A DNA stretch of 54,779 bases, filler included, from Porpidia crustulata (Eukaryota), in the NCBI GenBank assembly GCA_964255105.1. It is 4 parts of 4 records of this genome, joined end to end, with 100 filler letters (N's around TTAATTAATTAA, not from the genome) between each part and the next. Parts side by side here need not be neighbours in the genome. Positions count along the whole stretch, not along the records: positions 41,176 to 54,779 come from CAXUWE010000428.1; 3 more parts are not named here. One strand, 5' to 3'. Below are positions 51,401 through 54,779 of the stretch, one piece after another. The notes under the pieces were generated by a model that did no database searches, was not told the DNA's origin, and saw only the letters and a program-made list of their open reading frames with translations. How positions within the stretch are numbered: the stretch's first letter is position 1; every line of letters begins with the position of its first letter. Both the position numbers and the translations under genes were made by a program.

Positions 51401-51925
51401 CGGCCGCCGACCCCTGGATCCCATCCTCGGAGAAGGGTGAGTGAGTTGTTAGAGAATGGTCCGAGTGTCCCACGCGATCTATCCAAAACGTCGTCTGGTT
51501 CACTCTCTCCAGGCAGGCCATCCCTGGATTCAAGACTCAATTATATGCCAAGCCCGAAGATGGCATCAAAGCTCCACGACCCATCCCAGCTGGTACCGGA
51601 AAGGCCACGAAAAATCCCTGATCAGGAGACGGAACATGTGAACCTTCGGGAAACGGGTGTCAATAGTCTCCCTCCACAGCCTGCACGTAGCAAGGGCTTA
51701 GGAGCTGAGCATGAGTCCGACGGCGAAGATTTGACTCGTACAGCCACGAATATCGAGCCAAAAACAATGGACGAACAGGGACTCTTTGATAATGTTAACA
51801 AGTCTTTAAAACGGAAGCGGGAGGAAGATCTCAAAGCCAGTGACGCATCTCCAGGACCAATGTCGGTAATGTTCAAGAAGCTACTCAATCGAGAGTTAAA
51901 GAGGAGACGGGATGCTGAAACTTGA
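45452..51925 (+). CDS. Intronless SNF2-family ATPase (ATRX/Rad54-like; possibly the SAD-6 lineage) with an N-terminal SAM-like domain
   Basis: One 6.5-kb ORF (first ATG 45452). DPWDWTVDEVV..L..LRENGVSGPTLL..LRHDLGVKALG (SAM-like), QPHQIEGVQFMW, GCLLAQTMGLGKTMQVI, VVADEAHALKN, RIALTGSPLMNNLEEYY, GDKVLVFSHS, RAGGQGLNMYGANRVVI, EQAVGRAYRLGQ. Confidence 0.88.
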   Translation: MSVFMTPAPLIPETVQAMTPPRDSYEVASTGHSDPWDWTVDEVVTTLCGRTHSLLASLDPRSLPDPVSLEAALRENGVSGPTLLLQLDHTSLRHDLGVKALGPRGTILQLITTLRRQSPKYLNNIYEEAVATPLPGYGRVSKVGQDTRLGSPYHESPFYYAPRAISISSGVLRSPIMLPGRCESPAQPHVPADEGSIHPMARPDDQHPSLTHEGPELQASDHQGPRRTDTIETTSALNTAVSIADDSSSPQAATDPGVIGFDAKETDMEDHNILSIAGPTHRVNETFVLDKTGRKRRRLVLDPVKSSDSFASNEPVYPHAAQAENISSTSDSTRDTGSDTMTSAYIEEAISKEQETYEVQLLREPKTSAFDSNEQSSPCLPINDEISTPLEAVTEPGFLVIDGQGRKRMRPILVSQPNAKPPGNNAVQEALTYDDNSDKLVDQGRNAATRKPIDSYLGLQSFPVEKIFYDSIAIGKQLENENMLLDTGDRSDINTCYRRESNGLSRYINSRMKHFLSAKLIETSDQNGEKAVGIVPYPSRIARLHQQLSMTLFNTSKGKLTVLRVDRAKWLKTNHPRSINRVDLDADPMTSQSTTFDLPLKHLERDDQDWGHLEKWNYAGDDEILPTYGESGSEGEYDMDTWLEMEKESGKIERPLGKRNRQKLNIKTVEETMDQVLSQIVQDWHSKQEPKLQTKARRLWVKSKRDRNKQEQIDEFANTIDNLQIRLIKLREEIAKEEWSTVINLSKQCKIMQPSVFDLEYLKWKIAILNLDSAPEKLSISVVKSKIKRSLSQKVTFQKDEEIPESTVSDVESSDEDMDGFVVPDDVDDNRVLDDEAAMTGIGEEQASDTSVDDEIQPVPMVIASSSGVSDPQTPQTWSKESTAMTIAKNDRTQQTEIIDLTQQSETEEPDDTPIPKPKRSVAIRTPPLYSSDDDPFVRSRRIKPFFKMPPIADSVIDLESDSAYSTAGDNDQVPLDLPNLQDTDNIKKLSSRFLVERGDRKRLLLWHIARTGALDRGLAFSYLENVDQSVLERSITLGLNTMINMKTPKHRIRGWDDEDSATLMRIAAWLVCWTIPVALDQKSGLKKNHVDTVLADKECFQPFWDFLITCPILFRKNFSPEVVSLDPEGPTPSKNKRQKILPGVSDEERGNTQRKKRKFVLPESQATLDLRAGAQQRVQERDNRQKQLKRRLREMGAKIDSSQVVVNTGKFDHQEFIFLNPIIGDRIQPHQIEGVQFMWREITADFDNLQGCLLAQTMGLGKTMQVIALLVKIAEAAKSSSVNVRNQVPPKLRASRTLILCPPALIENWWEEFLMWTPMPTANNVGDIRKVTTSLKPKERLWEIQAWMDEGGILLMGFNTFRAYIDNKAKKVSGTPLDEDQRAIVEEALLKRPAIVVADEAHALKNAGSGINRAMSRIETKSRIALTGSPLMNNLEEYYSLIDWIAPNYLGTLPEFRANFVEPIQGGFYQESTYADYRHAMKKLEALKTDLEPKTHRADISVLEGLKEKQEFVIRVPLTELQEQVYRIYVDCMLSASKEVTLPRLWAWLATLQLLCNHPKCFRDRLLAKEAEEASKNKTALTEKERESQRSSALGQGSILLDDHPAYLEEPVSSIGITETMAEKQLKPFITLTEPLTSITLAHKMQILMDILEFSKQAGDKVLVFSHSIATLDFIEAHLRKSNRNFSRIDGKTRTSDRQQLTKAFNVGQIEVFLISIRAGGQGLNMYGANRVVILDGHFNPMYEEQAVGRAYRLGQMKPVFVYYLTADGTFEEGIQNQSLFKQHLAKRVVDDKKPIRLAKKGVGQYLFPPKAVGQQDLQEFKGKDPLVLDRILAKHEKSQIIRSMDFTETFHKEDDMKLTEEEKKEAEQMQRDIQFRRRNSSALHVLTAAQRDPAHATFAGAGPASRPLWTQESHLKPSYGINKSPPHLGLAAARSPIMTSPFSQQLGTASVPGVDTHLLLHDQFRQTTSVKNPPSASVPPARPPTPGSHPRRRVSELLENGPSVPRDLSKTSSGSLSPGRPSLDSRLNYMPSPKMASKLHDPSQLVPERPRKIPDQETEHVNLRETGVNSLPPQPARSKGLGAEHESDGEDLTRTATNIEPKTMDEQGLFDNVNKSLKRKREEDLKASDASPGPMSVMFKKLLNRELKRRRDAET

Positions 51926-53026
51926 TCGAGGGTATGCTTGTCGTGCTCCTGACGTGGCATACACAAAGGAACAGGATGAGTCTGGACAGTGCGATTGATG
52001 TCGCTCGATGAAGCAGTTATTTTGCAAGCACATCCAATTTTTTGACGAGTTTTTGCGAACTAGTTTTATGGGTATTCCTGATTCATTCCCCCTGCTGAAT
52101 CCTTAATTTGATCGGCGGAGGCGTACTGCGAGGCCTGTTGGGCTATAGACCGTGGCTTCTACTATGGCTTTCTATTGATTGCGAATTTCCTGCTTGATAC
52201 CCCCTGGACATTTTGCATGTACTTTGGGCGATTTCAGCTACTAGCCAGATCGCTTGTAGATAATGAGAGAACACCCGGCTGCGAAGCCTATGATATTATG
52301 CTGAATCCATACCTCATATCTAATTGGAGTTATTCCCAAGTGTCAACATGAAGGGTTACAATTAAGAGGTTGATGATCGGCACCTTGGCATCTTCATTGA
52401 CTAAATAGGCGTAGCTACCGAGGAGGAAGCTATTAGGTTCCATCGCACTTTCTCCCTTGTTCTCCAAACAGAATCATTGAGATTAGAGATCCGTCTCGTA
52501 CGGGACGATGGAATGGTATGCACGTCTTCACGACAATGCTCAATTATTATGTTAGGATTTTATCAATGTTCTTAAAATCGTCTCCTTCAAACCATACATT
52601 GAAACCACTCCTTGACTGATTAATTGATAGTGTAGGAAAAAGGAGGATATCAGAAAGATCAAGGTGACGGAAGGCCTAGGAAGGAAAAGAGTAATGGGAT
52701 GTATGGACGAGGGTTTTGGCATGAGATTGGGATTGAGAAATACGGATAGCTGATGGGGGTTTGAGCATCTTCTTTATCAATGCTGGGGCACAGGGTTTTC
52801 GGCAATGTTTTCATTGTTACTTGAGATGGATAGGAATATTTGTAGGCTCGCGATTGATCGAGGAAGATTTGTGAACTATAGGGAGTCATATGGAATGACT
52901 GAGATAGTGCATCAATTCTTTTTAGGCTGGGTCTATCGAATGCTCTGTGATCAATTAATGGACAAAAGATATCTTTGAAAGCTCTCGTTACTGAAGAGCA
53001 ACTATGCCAGTTGTTTTATGCGCAGA

Positions 53027-53046
53027 AATGCAATCGATGTGATTGG
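53027..53046 (-). promoter_or_regulatory. CCAAT box matching the bipartite CBC:HapX consensus CSAAT-N12-RWT
   Basis: Minus strand reads CCAAT-cacatcgattgc-ATT, 160 bp upstream of the HEM1 ATG; a second CCAAT lies near 53068. Confidence 0.45.
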
Positions 53047-53206
53047 TTGACAGTGATCGGCAGTGTCCCAATTGCGTTGCAGCCGTGGATTGCCGAGAGG
53101 ACGTTGTCCTTGTCATTGTCACATCTCGTACACTTTTCTTCTACTACAATACACTGAAGCGTCTTTCATCCCAATTCAGAGCATTGGAGGATAACTGATA
53201 CTTACA

Positions 53207-54779
53207 ATGGACGCACTTCTCAGACAATCACGCTCTATGTGCCCATTCCTCAACAAAACCTCTCCCGCCACCCTCCGCTCCCTTTCCACCGCAACCCGAA
53301 ATGTCTCTCCCGGTGGAGGCGTAATTTCCAACCTACAGGTCTTGGGCCGCAGATGCCCGGTGATGGGCAAGGCCATGGCTGTCCAAAGCGCCAGGACCGA
53401 CCATACCGGCCTCAACGGCGTATTTGGAGGGGCTCTGGCCAACGGTGGGAAGGCCAAACTTCATACTTCCAGAGCTCAGCATGCTACGGTTGATACGGGC
53501 GTACTGAGGCGCGATGTCGAAGGTAGTTTGAGAGTATTCTCGATCACAATGAAGCAATCTGACATCGGATAGCTCCACTTCCACAAGGACCGCAGCCAGC
53601 GGCTCAATCACGCAAAGACGCAGCGGTTCCTGGTCCCAAGCCGGCCCCTCCGAAAGTTGCTACGTTTGACTATGAAGACTTTTATAACACCGAGCTGGAT
53701 AAGAAGCACAAGGATAAGTCCTACCGCTACTTCAACAACATAAATAGGCTTGCTCAAGAGTTCCCGCGAGCACACATGTCTGCCAAAGACGAACGGGTTA
53801 CCGTGTGGTGCTCTAATGATTATCTCGGGATGGGACGAAACCCAAAAGTCTTGCAGACTATGCACGAAACTCTCAATAAGTACGGAGCCGGCGCTGGAGG
53901 CACAAGGAATATATCTGGACATAACCAGCATGCCGTCGACCTCGAGGCGACCATTGCGAAGCTTCACGCACAGGAAGCGGCGTTGGTTTTCTCCTCCTGT
54001 TATGTTGCCAACGATGCCACCCTTGCTACTCTTGGCAGCAAACTTCCTGGCTGTGTTATTCTTTCCGATAGCTCGAATCACGCCTCCATGATCCAAGGTA
54101 TTCGCCATTCCGGCGCAAAGAAAATGGTCTTCAAACATAACGACGTGGTCGATCTCGAAGCCAAGCTCGCCTCCCTCCCCCGTGATATTCCCAAAATTAT
54201 CGCCTTCGAAAGTGTCTACAGCATGTGCGGCTCCATCGGTCCCATTGCTGAGATCTGCGACTTAGCAGACAAGTACGGTGCCATTACTTTTCTCGATGAA
54301 GTCCATGCAGTTGGCATGTATGGACCCCATGGCGCCGGTGTTGCAGAACATCTCGACTACGACGCCCACGCCTCTGGGAACACCCGCGGAACCATCATGG
54401 AACGCATTGACATCATCACCGGCACTCTCGGCAAAGCCTACGGCTGCGTAGGCGGCTACATCGCCGGATCCGCCAAAATGGTCGACGCCATCCGCTCGCT
54501 CGCCCCCGGCTTCATCTTTACGACCTCCCTCCCGCCCGCCACCATGGCCGGCGCGAAAACCGCAATCGAACACCAAATGGAACACCAAGGCGACCGCCGC
54601 CTCCAGCAACTCCACACGCGCGCCATGAAGTCCGCCCTGCAGCAGCGCGACATCCCCGTGATGCCGAACCCGAGCCACATCGTCCCCGTCCTCGTCGGCA
54701 ACGCCGAGGTCGCCCGCGCCGCCTCGGACCTCCTGCTCGAGCGCCACGCCATCTACGTCCAAGCCATCAACTACCCGAC
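53207..54779 (+). CDS. HEM1: Mitochondrial 5-aminolevulinate synthase; 3' end beyond the window
   Basis: Presequence with CPFL and CPVM heme-regulatory-type motifs, intron 53523-53572, [69 protein letters not shown] lysine motif GTLGKAYG. Confidence 0.97.

Noticed and set aside
53608..54762. Antisense ORFs of 166-176 aa over HEM1, and similar ones over STH1, SSN6 and the mucin
   Set aside because: Shadow ORFs caused by codon bias of the real gene on the opposite strand.

Overview
Eukaryotic, intron-rich genomic DNA from a filamentous ascomycete (Pezizomycotina; introns mostly 45-100 nt with GT..CTRAC..YAG signals). The window is stitched from four contigs by three artificial 100-bp linkers (44 N + TTAATTAATTAA + 44 N), so gene order across them is not directly observed. 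About 15 genes can be reconstructed by hand: a partial membrane protein, SSN6/CYC8, RPL3, a small conserved protein, a KRE6/SKN1 GH16 protein, IKS1 kinase (cut by a gap), a frameshifted RBR/IBR E3 ligase, a MARVEL-like protein, a large GPI-type mucin/adhesin, a secreted GPI-type PEBP, STH1/SNF21, a BAR protein, RPL2, a WHIM1-domain ISWI partner, GSH2, an intronless SAM-like + ATRX-like SNF2 ATPase, and HEM1 (runs off the window). I found no tRNA, rRNA, snRNA, CRISPR array or intact transposon, and I cannot demonstrate a new multi-gene system. The strongest unexplained signal is a 79-bp element in the GSH2/SNF2 divergent promoter: an 18-bp inverted repeat enclosing 2.3 telomeric repeats. Also notable are the decaying RBR ligase, two GC-AG introns, a long structured GSH2 intron, a uORF-containing 5'UTR intron in RPL2, and motifs shared by the two ribosomal-protein promoters. 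All family calls come from motif recognition, not database searches.
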